From contig OZ116703.1 of NCBI GenBank assembly GCA_964199315.1, forward strand, positions 744,001 through 808,000: a stretch of DNA of 64,000 nt. The letters run 5' to 3'. The DNA is from Orbicella franksi (taxonomy: Eukaryota). A program made the position numbers and the translations under genes. This document shows, piece after piece, positions 1-14,000 of this stretch. The notes under the pieces were generated by a model. It was given only the letters and a program-made list of their open reading frames with translations. It ran no database searches and was not told where the DNA came from. The stretch's first letter is position 1. Every line of letters begins with the position of its first letter.

Positions 1-748
1 AGGCTGCATGTGAAACTGAGTTATAATATTATTAGGTCTCAAACGAGTGGGTTTGTTTGATGACTAGTTGGTGCGGTAAATCAAGGAAAATTTTCCATTA
101 GCAGAAATTCCTCGCATACGGCCGGTGCGCCTGAAATTTGAATTGACCAATCAGGATTTAGCAGGGGGAAAACTGTCCTGACGTCAATGTATGTTAACAG
201 GAAAGGCATTGAAGTTGAGCAACTTTTCTCACTGCAGACGGCATCGAATATTCACGTCAAGGAATTTTTAATTCCAAAAACCATCTCAGACTGTAAAAAA
301 TGAAAAATAAGAAACATTTATTGTCTCGAAGCTTAAAATTTGGCGCCAAAAATTGGTCGTCTGCGTCCGACAACTCGATTCGCTAGTCACTCGTCGAGTG
401 TCGCCAGGTAGGATAATAGTTGTGTTATTTTGAACGAAATATCTTATTCCTCTTGAAATTAAACACGGATCTCTCCAGTAAGTATTAGAAGAGCCAAAGC
501 AACTTATATAAGCATTGTCTTTATTTTTATCATGATTGTCTTCGAAACAAAACTTTCATCATGTCGTTCTGGTAGGACAGTTCGGTTTTGACTGCCGCTC
601 ATTCTGCGTGTACGACCACCGTATGCAAGGTTTGGCGTGCTTAAGTAAAAGCAACGTTCTCAAGAGCGGTAAGAGTGCTTTGCGGTCTTAAAAGAAATAA
701 TTTCGTTAAATTGAAAAAGACTACCAATTAACCGAAAAAATTGAAAGC

Positions 749-3700
749 ATGGTTAAATTTGGGTAAGAGTAAGACAGTAAACTGGGTAAGATTAAGACAT
801 ATACTGTAAATATCTTCTGTCATTTATCACAGGAAGCTCGATCCGCCAGAAGAAGAGCCAAGTGGTAAGTTAGTTTGGCTATTTCTTAAGCTCTCTGTTA
901 TTTTACATCAAAATAGTAAGCTATGCGTTAGAGGTTAGCGGGCATCACGGCTGATTCTTTTTTTCCAGTTGTTCGCACATCTCGTAAAGTCTATAATTAG
1001 ATCAGTTTTTTTTTTTATCAAACATAATAAGGTCCATTGTTTTCAAAAACTATTATTATAAGGAAATTAAATTATTGATTTTTCTGACCACACTTATTCC
1101 CTCTGAATTGCCATTGTGGATAAAATCCTGGTGTGTGACCATTCAAATGAAAGTTGTTGGGCAGTATTGTCATTTGGTAATGTTTCTTATACTGGACAAG
1201 GTAATTCTAACTTTTTCAGTCTTTGCATATAACTCTAGTTTGTGAAAATTCAAATAAAAGCTATTGAGCAGTATTGCACTCTGAAAGGTGTTTGTGACTG
1301 TAAGTCCATTTCAGTTTACTTTTAATTTCCCCAATGGCTTTTTTAACTTCTCTTAAATCGTTTCCTAATTAAATTCCTTTTAAAGGGCAAAAAGTACAGG
1401 ATGCTTTTTCCTCGGAAAATGAAAGCAACGAAAAGACAACGACAAGCTGTAACGTGCCAAATCACCACAAGAAAATAAAATGGAACTTTAAGCTGGTCCG
1501 CCCTGAAGTCCTCAAATGCTATCGGAGGATCGTTGATGGGTTGAATCGCGCTGGACCAGAACGAAAAAGAAGCGATGAGAATGAAACCGTACCACTACAG
1601 CAAAATGATCTGACTTCGAGGGAGGAGAAAAAGGAAAGTGCTTTCGGGCCAAAGAGAAAGCTGGACCCCGATAGTGTTAAAAATTGTGTGAAGGAGTCAA
1701 CTTCAGCAGCATGTGTGCTGCCAACGAGCTGTTCCAAATTCCTGACCATTTCTCACGAGAAGTTAGAACCTTCCAAAGGTAAGACTGAAAAAAGGAGATG
1801 ATATAAATAGACAATAGCTCCTTACGTACTTCTTTCACTCTAATGAGATCTTCGTTAGAGAAACGAAAGATTCCAGTTACTCGACTGTTATTCTCCTAAA
1901 ACTGATTTTCAAAGTAATATGCAGCTCTTACAAAAGTAGCTAAAAACGTACTCCGATCACGCGCCGTAAATTCCTCAAGGTTCCCCAACCTTTTGCAAAT
2001 ATCTTCTGCATGTCTTCGATCATTTTTTGCATATATATTACCTGAACTTCCGAGAACTCCAAAAATTACCGATAAAGATTCAAAGACGTTTCAACTCTCC
2101 AAAATTGGGCAACCCAGTTACCTCTTGGAATGAATGAGTGAAACGAGTGCAATGACGGTTTGGCCGTTACCATGGTAATAGTCCGCAATAAAGAATCCCG
2201 ACCGAGAAGTAGCCAATCAAACGACTCACTTCACGTGCATTAACTGCTAAGTCAATGTTTTTGAATTCACTTCCCTTCAGAAATCAAGAACGGATGCACC
2301 ATGAATAATCATGCACCAACGCAGCAAAATAAGCTTGAGCGTTTGATTCTAGATACTCCAACTAAAGAGAAACTGCATCACGTAAGTCTCACAGATTTCA
2401 AGTAACTTACAACAATTTTTTAGTCAGTTAAGTTTGACGTCATGAAATGATAAAAAATTATGTCCTTGTTTGTGTTCAAAACTTGTTTTCGACAGCGACC
2501 TTGGTTATGAAGAACACAATAGAGTTCGATTTGACAAGCTGTTTCTTGCTTGTCTGTGTACGTCAGATAGCGCAGTCCAGTGAATATGTTTATTCGCATA
2601 ATCATGTTTATAGAGCATTTTCACTAACGTAGCCAGCACCTATGCAAATTTACTGGAACAAACAAGTCTTTGCATAAGAAAAGAGTTCAACACCCACAGG
2701 ATTGGTTTGGTACACCAACATGGCCGCCGTTTCATTGTTTAGAACACCAAAATGGCTGCCGTGATGTCATGTGAAAACGCTCTATATCTGGTCTTATTAT
2801 ATGCCTAGCTCCGCGGTTGTTAAGAAGAAGAAAATCCCACCCTGCGAATAGCCCGCTCGGCATTCCTTACTGTGTCCCGCAAGAAAATGGTGTTCTTAGG
2901 AATAAAATGAATTCTTTATCGAGGAGTCGTGTTTGGTTTATTGACCTCCCAAGCAGCTTAAGGCCTGGGTCAGGAATGTAGAGTAGAATGATGGTTGGGC
3001 AGCTATATCTCTTGTTATGTTTGGTTTCTAACGCTAAAATTTCCCTGATTATAAAACTAGGCGTCCTGCCTTGCCTTAACATACTATTTTGATCAAGTGA
3101 TCATTTTGCTAAAATTTGTAATTCGGCGAATTGGTGGCGTAAACGTTTGATGTGATCTCCTTTGATTTCGTTTTTAGAAGATATAAATGATCAAAAGTCG
3201 AATTTTGTTGAAAATAACGACTTTTCACCCCACAACATTTTTCTGCGGAAAGAGGGACCGTCATTTCAAACGTTAGAAGATGGAAAACGCGTTTTTGTTG
3301 GATGATATTACTAAAAATAATGGCTAGTTTCGCCTAAACGTCACGATGCCACGTGACCTGTCAAAAGCAAAAATTTTACTTTGAAATGATCAGGACGTTA
3401 AAACCTACCTGTGCCCTAAATTTTTCCATTTTATCATTCTTCAATAGGAAATAAGAAAAATAATCAAAGATCATACAAGAGAGGCGATGGACAGAGCTGA
3501 AAGCTTGAAGTCTCGTATATCCACCCTAGAAAGTGAAAACCGTTGGTTAAAACATAGAGTCACTCTCTTGTGGGGCGCTCTTAGGAAACAACTCACTCGT
3601 CGAAAGCAAAATAAGGTCAGTCATTTACCTACTATTTGTTTTGAAACCAGCGTTGTCAACTTGCAAAGTTGATTGCTAATGGCCATTGCTCTGGTAGCGA

Positions 3701-6700
3701 TGATAATAATTTGCATATTTTATGCCCAACTTTATTTATGTTAACCTAGTTCACAGCATTAATCATCACAGTTTTCCAGTTATAAACTAGCATTAATCAG
3801 GAAATGAAATAACTTAATAGGAACACGACGCGAAAGGCGAATAGTAATTCGATTCAGCTCTCCTTTTACCTTCCTAATATTATATTTGATTTCTATAGGT
3901 TCCTACAACAGCATTAATAAGCTCCAAACTACAAGAAAAGCCACAAGTTAAGTCAGATGAGAGTGGATGTCTGGAAGCGTTGCTGCAGCCACAACTGCAC
4001 TCTAAAACTGCAATTGGAAATAAAACAAAAGATGGATCATCTAATTCTCTCCAAAGGTCTGTCACCACTGACACCAACTATTCCTTGCCCTTTGATAGTG
4101 AAGCAGGTGATGAGACTCATGAGAAGGATAAAGCACTCCCAGTTGTTGGATCTGATCCAAAAATACGACCACCACATAATACTATAATCGCTTCAGTGGA
4201 GCACAGCATCACCAATGATCGGACCACAAAATCAGTCAGCACAGGTTCCAGTGGTCCCATCGCATCCATCGGCCAAGACACAACGCTTGCCTCTATTTAT
4301 CGTCCAAAACACGCTCAAACGTTGTCCAAAAGCCCAGTTCAAACTGGATTTGGACCACCAACAAAAACAGCCTTACACAATCCAGTTTTGTCTCCAGTTG
4401 TTACTTTGCATCATAAAGGAATTAATGTACCCTCCAATGGTAAAAATTCAAATTCTGCACCAAATCCCGTCTCCCTTCTTTGTCAAGTCTTGGACGAAAT
4501 CCTCGCCAGTTCTGCAAAAGAAGTCCCAAATCAGTGTACTTTAAACCCGTTGTGTAGACTTGAAGCCGCCACACTACCCAAAAACGTCTACAAGCCTCTT
4601 ACACATACCGCCACAGGAATAATGACGTCCCAAACAACCCATCCTGAAAACAAAGAGGTCTTATGTAAGCAGCACTATTCTGACCAAAATAAGAAGATAT
4701 CCATGAATTTGTCTTCCACCCAAACTGAAAAAACCTGTCAAGGCGACAACAAAACGTTATTGGCTAAGCACACAGCAGCGGGATACCTTTCTCCAATTTC
4801 ACTTGATCAAGAGACATCTAAAGTAGAAAGCAAGCACAGAGAATTATTGGGAAGTACTTGGATTGTAGAGAATGAAAGAAAAAAAGAGGCATCACTTCTT
4901 ACCAACGACGGTACGTGTTACTACATAACCCATGCAGATACTCAGTTAACGGATTGTCAACCACAATCAAATATCGCAACCGTGGCCAGTCCAGTTAGCT
5001 CTTATTCACAGCTACCAAAATCGATTCCTGAGAATCCATCGGTTTTGGGCAGTTCTGGCCAGTCAGTAGGCCTACTGAATGGCACTAACACGCTAGCGCA
5101 AGCTGCAGGGCTTGGCAGTAAAACTACGGACCCAATCCTCTCTCCAGAGAAGTCCAGTAAAACTCCGCCACTGGGTAGAACACTTGGTGAGAGCTACAAG
5201 ATTCACACCCGCGATCTGAGCCACCAAGGTCTCAATAACCACGCTTTAGAAGGATATTGCGTGAACTCCCAGTCACAAACTTCTCAAAGAAGTTTTATTT
5301 CTCAGCCTGAGGAACCCCAGAGGCATAAACACGTCGTTGGGCAACATGTTCCTAGCAAGGAACCTCTAAAAGGACAGTGTACAAATGTAATTACGAGACA
5401 TGTCGATGAACACCAAAAGTCACTCAAAGTTAGAAACCAAAAATTGGACAAAACGGAACTGTTGAACCCTCCAGAGCACGTAAACAGTCTTTCCCTCCAG
5501 TACGAGGAACGAGCGACTCACTCACAGCAAGATAATAGTGTTTCCGTAAATGAACGTCTCTGTAACGGCGATCAAGATTTAGCTTCGGTTTCTCAAACCA
5601 AACTCAAGGCGATGCCTTATCAAGCTAATCCAGAAGAGGGTGATAATTCCCTTTCACCTCCCAGATTTTACAATAGTCGAGAGTGCCAAGAACACACACT
5701 GAGGCAAGCCCAAAACACTACCTTGGCTCTAAACCATGCCATTTCCAAACCTAGGTTCTTGCCCTATCCACCAATAAGACCTAAAGAACAGCAGACCCCT
5801 TTCGTTCCAGTAAGATCCAATATCCAATACGTTACCAAAGTGAACAAGCAACAATCGCCAAAGTCAGATGGATTGCCACGACTAACATCACCACTCAATG
5901 GTGATGCATTCAGGTGGCCGCACATCGAGGAAAAGTCTACAAAGAGTGGCAATAAGGAATTCTCTGACCAATTACCAAAATTTTCATGTCCTCCAAGTGA
6001 TGTCCGGCTACATAGCCCTTGTTCTTCCAGCACCAATACGTCATCGAAGTACAACAAAGAAAGTCTTCTGTTTCACCTTCTTCACTCCGATCGCGTGCCA
6101 TACATTCCACATTATTTCCCGACGCGCAATCTTCAGACTGTTAATGCGGCCAATCTTCCAAATAAGAGCTCTGAAACATGCAGACGGTATGTTTACTTAC
6201 AGCCAAAACGTTATGTTCAGAACAGTATACAAAATCTACAAGAGTCATCCTTGTGCAATAGCGATAAAATAAAAAGTGAAGGTATAGCATTACCCTGTAA
6301 GCCGGTTTTGACGGTCGGAGAAGGTTCTTTTAACAGTGCATCCTTCCATCCGACTTCAAACCCGAGCCCACGAATAGAACTATCACATCCATGTCAGCGG
6401 TACATCACTCAACTGAGGAACTCCCCTCACCAATTATCTCACGACAATCCCATCTACGCAACTGCTAAACTACCATCGTATGCAGAAAGTGAATCACTCG
6501 AGCTAAGGAACAGTTCACAGCAAGGTTTGAAATTTCCAAGCCCGTATAGCTCGATGAAACGGCAAGAGACCTGTCAACGAGAGGGTTATGACGCGCATGA
6601 AATGCATCTTCAAACGTCACTCTCAGAACACAAAAAAGATAACGACAATCTACCACAGTACCAACGACCGCATCTTGTCCAGTACCACCACAAAAAAATC

Positions 6701-6847
6701 ACCAGTAAAAGACAAGAACACCTCAATGAAGAGTGGTTAAAATCTTGTTCAGGTACTCCGATACCTGTATCAGAGCCGTCTGAAAATCGTCATCCACCTT
6801 GCACAGCTGTGAGCGGTGAGCCACAGAAACAGAAACAAGTATCTTAA
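749..6847 (+). CDS. Gene 1: ATF7IP-like paralogue with coiled coil and long disordered region, no FN3 domain (about 1218 aa)
   Basis: Exons 749-762, 833-864, 1386-1778, 2281-2381, 3448-3615 and 3899-6847 all have GT/AG boundaries and join in frame (phases 2,1,1,0,0). Exon 5 encodes EIRKIIKDHTREAMDRAESLKSRISTLESENRWLKHRVTLLWGALRKQLTRRKQNK, homologous to the coiled-coil exon of gene 3. The final exon contains the 955-aa ORF. The start exon (MVKFG) is the least certain part. Confidence 0.75.
2609..2786. mobile_element. MITE with short TIRs in gene 1 intron 4
   Basis: Starts TATAGAGCATTTTCAC and ends GTGAAAACGCTCTATA (inverted repeats). No coding capacity. Confidence 0.75.
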
Positions 6848-8071
6848 AAGAAAAGTACCATAAATGATAAATGTATTTCCTTGGCAGGCAGCCAACTTAA
6901 ATCAACGTGACATTTCAAGTTCTGAATGGCAGCTGTTCAGAACCAGTCTATGTCATTAAAATGGAGTCTTTTCAATGCATTTACGAGTCTTCTCACTTTT
7001 ACCCAGGACTAAATTTTAATAATATTCACTCGCTAGAAATTAAATTTCACATAATAAATATGAAAGCTGAAGATTATATTGGACTTTTTTAGAATTAAGA
7101 TTTAAACTTGGCTTTTTAACATAAGAAATAGCGAAAAAACTGTTGAATATGCAGTTTAATAATTTAACTTGTATTATTAATTAACGGCTACGTTTGAAAA
7201 TAACGAATAACGTTGATAGTCCTTCTTCGGGTTAACAATGTCACATCAATAACAATGAAGACATAATAAGAGCTGAGTTTGCCACATTAAAATTATATTT
7301 TGTGAAGTTTCTTTTGACATACTGATTCTATAACCTCACCATTTCCAGAGGTGGGATAAGAGAGTGTGAAACCGGGAACTTAGCATCAGAATCGCCAATC
7401 TCATTTCTTCGGTAAAAGAACAACCCGTTTTCAGAGCTAACATTGAAAAGCAATATCCCCAATTTGTCAAGCATAATATACCTTACCCTAGCACACCTAA
7501 TGTGTGCTTTTACTGACTTCATGAGGGTGTGTTATCACTAACTTCATCTTTCAAGTACGATAATTCATTGCGGACACAATTATGATTACGTATACCTCTT
7601 TCATCAGCCAGATGGTTATTTAAATACTTAATATGTTAAACCTCCATAAAAATGTTTGCTACCATTGTATTGCGTTGGTTAGGCAGAATATTTATTCAGA
7701 ATATGATATTCATTCTCCCTGTATATTTTGTTAGCTCGCATTTGCATTTTTTCCTTGGCAGACTGTACTGAGGCAAAATGAATTGGGCAGGGGTCTCTGC
7801 ATTTAAGGCTACTCCTAGAATAATCTTAGTAAAACTTGGCTCCCTCCGACCCCAGGATTGAAGATATGCATAATTGGATGGTTGGCATAGGTATGCTGGT
7901 TATGATCCTGTGTCATGTTTTGACTGGACATTTCTTGGCCCCTATATTTTTGCCTCTTGGGCTTATCGCCAAGCTCCTTGATATTTTTCCTCCTGAGAAT
8001 CATAGATACAAATGATACAATTTCGTGATTGACTACCCTGCATGATAATGAAATTTGTTTTCTATCCCCTC

Positions 8072-11000
8072 TTATGTTAAATTAAATTGTCTATACGGTG
8101 AGAGAAGTTTTCGTTTTCGGGGGTGGGATAGCTGAAGTTCCTTCATTTGTCTTATAGGATAATGCTGAAGATGTGAACTACTAAGATGCGCAGTACTCGA
8201 TGTATATCCAACTGGAGTGTATTGTTTATCAACAGGCGAATGACAGCCTGGGAAATATGGCAGGTTTTGCAACACGTTATCATCATGATTTGGAAGAATG
8301 TCTCTGTCCGTAACACGCATGCAAATGTCAGGAGCATTGTTCATTCCCATTCTGTTGGGATCATCGGAGACCCAATTGCAGTCCGATTGGAGAGTCCAAA
8401 CTCTCCTTGATTGATTCTGAAATATTTCTAATTGTTGTGTCTGCACGCTATCACAATATGTACGCGATTCTAACAGCTGACCATCTTGACTTGTATCGAA
8501 AGAGGTTTCCAGCTCTTGTTCTTTGATATCAGATATTGTTTGGGGGCGTTCTGGCTCAGTTAAATAACTAACAAATGTTCGGAGGTCACTGTTTTCAGAG
8601 GTTGTAGAAGGCGTCAACAGCGAAGAGGTTGATCCAGGTAGATCCAAGGCCTCTACGTCATATGATTTGTGCCTCGTTTGGATTTTGTGATCTTTGTGAC
8701 GCCACTGTTGAGCGTTTCTTGTTTTTTCTGTTGAGTAGCTTCTATTTCCTGGTGGTTCTGAATGATTATGGCTTGTATACAATCGTTCACGAGAAGGAAC
8801 TGAACTACCTACATGTAATGAACTCGAAAGGGTCGTCATTGCCTGCACAGTAGCCACAGGAAGCGTCCTGCTTTGTGGAGTCTTGTCAGCGACTTTTATT
8901 GCACCTGGGTGGAAGAGTGGTCTTGACTTTCGCTCATGTGTGTAACTAGGATTTTGTCGACTAGAGTTATTTGTACAGATTTTCTCGGCTGATGATCCAT
9001 TGGAAGGGCCTACATTTTGGTGTGGTTCGTTGCGCTCATAAAAGCTCTTTGAGAAGTTCGATGGCGAAGTTTGAAGAGGAGCACCCTTCACGCCAAAATG
9101 TTCTTGGCCCAAGGATTTTCCATTTGAAGGTGCGATTAAAGAATTTGAGTTATGCCTACCAGCCGTAAAATCTCGAGACGAAATAAAGCTAGAAGATGTA
9201 GGCACAGTAGAGGGACTTTGACCACAACCCTGCAGAGAGGAAAGAGTGCTGGGTGTATTCGTTACTTGTGACGATTCGGTGCTGATGTGCATATTTTGAA
9301 TAACAAATGAGTCACTGGCTGGCCTAGGTTTCACGGGGCTGCTATCCCTCACAATTCCTCCATTAAGTGACGAAGGATTACGGGAAGGGGTACCGGGTGG
9401 ATGTCCGTGCTTATTAAGGTCACATTGCTGGTGAGAGGGAAAACAAGCCGACGCATTCGTGACTTGTGATTTCTGTGATGGCCTCTGGGTGCTAAGCAAC
9501 CTCCGGATACTGAATGGACCACTATCTGATGCAGGTCTTACGGGGTCATCAACCGTTAAGAAGATCTTCATTGTCGACGCATGTCTAGAAGGGGTATCAT
9601 GCAGGCCATCTTTACGATTGCAAAACCCATCTTTAATTAGGTGTGGGACGCTTCTCGTTACATTAGGTTTCTTATATTTATTTGGCGGTGGAAGAAGTGA
9701 GGTCGAGTTTGTTTTATCTCCAAAAGCATCCTGTAACTTCATGGGATTTTTAGGAAGCTGACTTGCTGATCTTCCCCTTTCAATCCCATCGTTAAAAATA
9801 GATGGGACAGTTGTAATTGCTGAGGCCGTAGAAGATAACTTGTGAAAAGCTTCGTTTTGCACCAATACTTCGTCCCTCCGAGTTGTGGTCTCTTTAGAAG
9901 CTACTGATCCAAGGGATGGGTAACAATGGACAGATGCTGAATTTGGTTTTACAGCTATTGGAGTTTTCGCAGTTGGCCTGGAGGTGTGATTTACGCTTGT
10001 GTGACGGTGTACATCCTCCTTGGGTTCGGAACTCCGTGTCTCATTATTCAGAGTGTTGATCTCTTTTGAGGTCAGTGATCCAGAAGTTGCTATACAATAA
10101 GCTGATATAGAGCTTGTATTTCCTTCAATACGGGTTCCAATAGCTTCACGGGTAACATTTTCTTTCCTTATGTAACTGAATGCCTGGTTGGTGGATTTGG
10201 AAAGCCACGTCTGGTCATTCTGTGCCGTGATATCCCCGGGGAATGCATTTTGATACATAGTACTTTTCGGTATTTCCTCTGTATGAGAGGCTGAACTTTG
10301 AGGGTGGAGACTATTCCCCATCTTTTTTTGGTCAGGATTGACTTTGTCTTTGGAATTCCGTTGGGCAAGGTCCTCAGTAGATGTTTCGTTTACTTCAGTA
10401 GCAACACGGCTTTTAACGGAGGTTTCTTGGTTGGCCGTCAGGTGCACAAACTGTCTTTTCTTTGATCCATCCTGGGGAACCCCTGGTAATGTGATCAGTG
10501 TTGGCATAGCTGCATCTCCATTCAGTGAAACAGGCCTAAAAACCTACCAAGGTATAGGAAAAGAACAGGTACATCAATGGTTTTAACTTTTTCACATTTT
10601 TTAGATGGAGATAGATGGAGATATTTCGCTCACAAACTTCGCTCACAAACAAGTGATGTCGTAGGAGAAAATTTGCACAAAGGAGGGAAGCATGTTAATG
10701 TATACAGCGTAGAGGATTGTGGGATATCTATTGTTATTCATTCGGTACTTAGAATAGATAGACCTTATTTACCCTCGGTATTACACGAGGTTTACTAGGC
10801 TTCAGCGTATACTGCTAATGATTCGAGAAAATAGATAAATAACAGCAATAACTTTATTCCAGTGGCCACTTCCAAGCATGGTATTAGCGATACAATAAAT
10901 AACAAGCAGATAAAAATCTAAGATGCCAGTAGGTTATATCATGCCTCTGGTAACCTGTCTCGTCACGAAAATGACCATGACTTGTTCACCGATGATTAGG

Positions 11001-14000
11001 CAGTTTTTGTTGCCATTAATGCAGCACTCTTTGAAAAATATATTATTGATATTATTGATTCATTAAAGTAAAAGTGATGAAAACGGTTGCCAGCCACCTT
11101 CATGTAGTGCCGTTCGAGAATGACAAGTATTTAACAACTTTTAAAAACTATAGAGAGAATAATGTCTGTACTCAGAGCGCAATTTCAAATCATAAAAGTG
11201 GGATATTTTGTTGGGATATACCGAACTTCGTCAGCCACAATACAAATTTGAATGTTAAGAAGGGTGATATATTCATTACGGTCTCGAGGGAGCTAAGATG
11301 GTGTCATAGATGTTGGCTAATTCGAAGCCACTGTCTCTGTTCAAAGAGGGCTTACATAATCGGTCTCAATTGCCTCCCTTACGCGACGTTTGAAAGTGTT
11401 GCTTTCCGTGGCAAGAAATTTTGTTTTGCTAGAATCCACTGGATTTCCCGTGAGCTGGCAATGTTTATGAACAGCTGACGAATTCCTGGAAAGATGTTCC
11501 TTTAGTCGAATTTCTAACTGAACGAGAAGTTTCGCCAACATATTCTTTGTCACATTGTTCGCAATGGATGTGACAGACTGTTCCACACTTTTTAAGGTTT
11601 TCTGATTTATCTTTAACACGAACCAATTGCGATCTTAAGGAATTGAAAGGCTTGTGGACAAATGTGACCTCGTGTGATTTAAATGCTCATTGTAGGCGTT
11701 CCGAATTAAAAGTGCCCTTGATGTGTGGCACTGCGGCATATATTCTCTACTCGTTAACAGTTTCCTCGGACTCTCTCAAACCAGATCCAGTGTTCGGTAC
11801 TGTTAGCATCCAATCATGATAGTTGTTGGCTTTCGAGGCTTGCTTAACGTTTTGAATTTCCTTTACTTTGTCAACTTCTTCGCACACCAAGGTCTGAGCT
11901 CGAAGTAGCAGAGCGTTAACTACAGATCTTTTATGTTGTAGATGGTGGTTAAAATGGAAATTCAGGTATTGATCAGTATGAGTCGGTTTCCGGTATACGG
12001 TGACCTTCGTTGAGCCATCTTCGGTCACGTGTAAGCAGGTGTCAAGAAATGGAATTCTACCGTTCTTTTCTTCCTCCGAAGTGAACTGAACGTGTGGATT
12101 AGTGGCATTGAGATGATCGGAAAATGAGCTCACTGCGTATTCATGAATTTTGGTCATCGTGTCATCAACACATCGATAGCACCCCTCCAAACTAGAGCGA
12201 GAGTTATCGATATTATCAAGCTTTTTTATATCTCTATTTTATCACAAAGGTTGTAATTTGAAGTGGTAAAACAATATTGCAACCCTCTGAATCAACTACC
12301 GAATGCTTGAAAACCAATACATTACTACGTACAACTCTCATGTTGACTTGTGTTCCACGTGACACTTTCAGATCATTTTCCTGAAGATGAGAAAAGCAAA
12401 AATTAAAATTAAAAATACCAAGTAATGAACGCAATCCGAAAGAGTAATATTAACGACTTTGTTGGCATTTTTAGCTAGTTAACTTAGATGCGAACAACCA
12501 GCCGCTGCTCCTAGTGGAAGACTTATAAAGATTGGGAAGAGCGGCTACTTTAGCCACTGGGTGTCAATAATTACAGAAAAAACAACCCTACAATGTAAGC
12601 TTACCAAAGCCATATTGACTTGTGTTTCGCGTGCTATCATCTGCGAAGTTTTCTATTGGATAACGAAAGCAAAACATGTATTCCTAATTAATACCTATTG
12701 ATAGATTAGCTTTTATTAGTTCTATTATGTGCTGTGTGTGGATTTGGTGAGAATCACTTAGATAAAGAATCTCATGATACGCCCAGGTTCACTTCTCATT
12801 AAATTGTCAAATTAGCTTTTGGCGCACGTTAGCGTCTAGTTTAAACTTTGATTGGCTAACATTACTTTCTGGTAGAAGGGCTGGGATGTGCGACGGTTTC
12901 TCAGTTTAAGTCACGGTGTTTCCAGGCCCAACAGGATTTTTATGGTTTTGGTATCTCTATAACATATAAAAAATATTCTGACAAAAAATTGGATTCCGAC
13001 GCATTTTCGCCCTAAAATCGAACTTGAAAGTTGCCCCTTCGGCCACGCCCAATGAAATTGACCGCGTAATGAAAGATTGGTGACGAGTGAAGTCACTTCA
13101 GGATCGTCTCGAAGATTCCTGTTTTTATCTTGCTTGCTTGACGACCGCAGTACTTCGTCATTTTCGGTTTGTTTTTGCTAAATGCGGTCCAACCCCTCGA
13201 CATTAGTGAAACAACAGTGACATAAACTGGTGGGATTTGGCGCCTCCTCACGTGACGTCACGACCCATTCAGGAGCCCTAGACTCAAGGTAAAAAAGCGA
13301 AAAAGCGTCTGAATCCAATTTGTTTTTTCTTAGAATACTTTTTGACTCATTATAGATACCAGCACTACAAAACCCTGTTGACAGTACAGACACTTTAAGC
13401 TAGCCTTGGTTTTTATTTTTGGGTAAGATTTCGAATTCATTGTCGACCTGTTTTCATTTGCAGTGCCATAGCTAGCATGTTTTAAATTTGTTACTATTCA
13501 GACTAGTTTTTGGCCTGCAATTCTTTATTGCCCGATGAATTAACTATAAAATACTTGCCAGCTTGTGTCGATGAATGACATCCTGTAGGGTTTTATCCAG
13601 AGTGCAAGCAAACTGTCGAAGCTCCTTGTTCTCTCTCTCCAGTTGATTCATTTTGCTCTTCATTTTAACCATGTGTTGCGACAAAATCCTCTGAAAAGCT
13701 GCACCCGATTGTTTGAGTTCCCTCCTTAATGCCTACGAAGTGTCAGTCTGTTAGAAGTTTATTTTCCAACCCCTTACCCGGGTCTCTTTTCTACCTAATC
13801 CTGAGAACGTGACAGGTACGAGAAGGGGGCCCACTCCCAGGAAAATTGGGTGGAAGTGTGCGGATCGCTTCCCAAACCTCTTACATTATTTAAAAACAAA
13901 ATCTATTATTTTCCTACCCTATTAAATCAATACCCTGTTCCAGACCTGTCTTATAATTAGCTACCTAGTTCAGACCGATGTTAAAGGCATAGTAAAGGGG

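Noticed and set aside
11341-11619. 92-aa ORF as a coiled-coil exon of gene 2
   Set aside because: It is a frameshifted part of the Penelope GIY-YIG domain.
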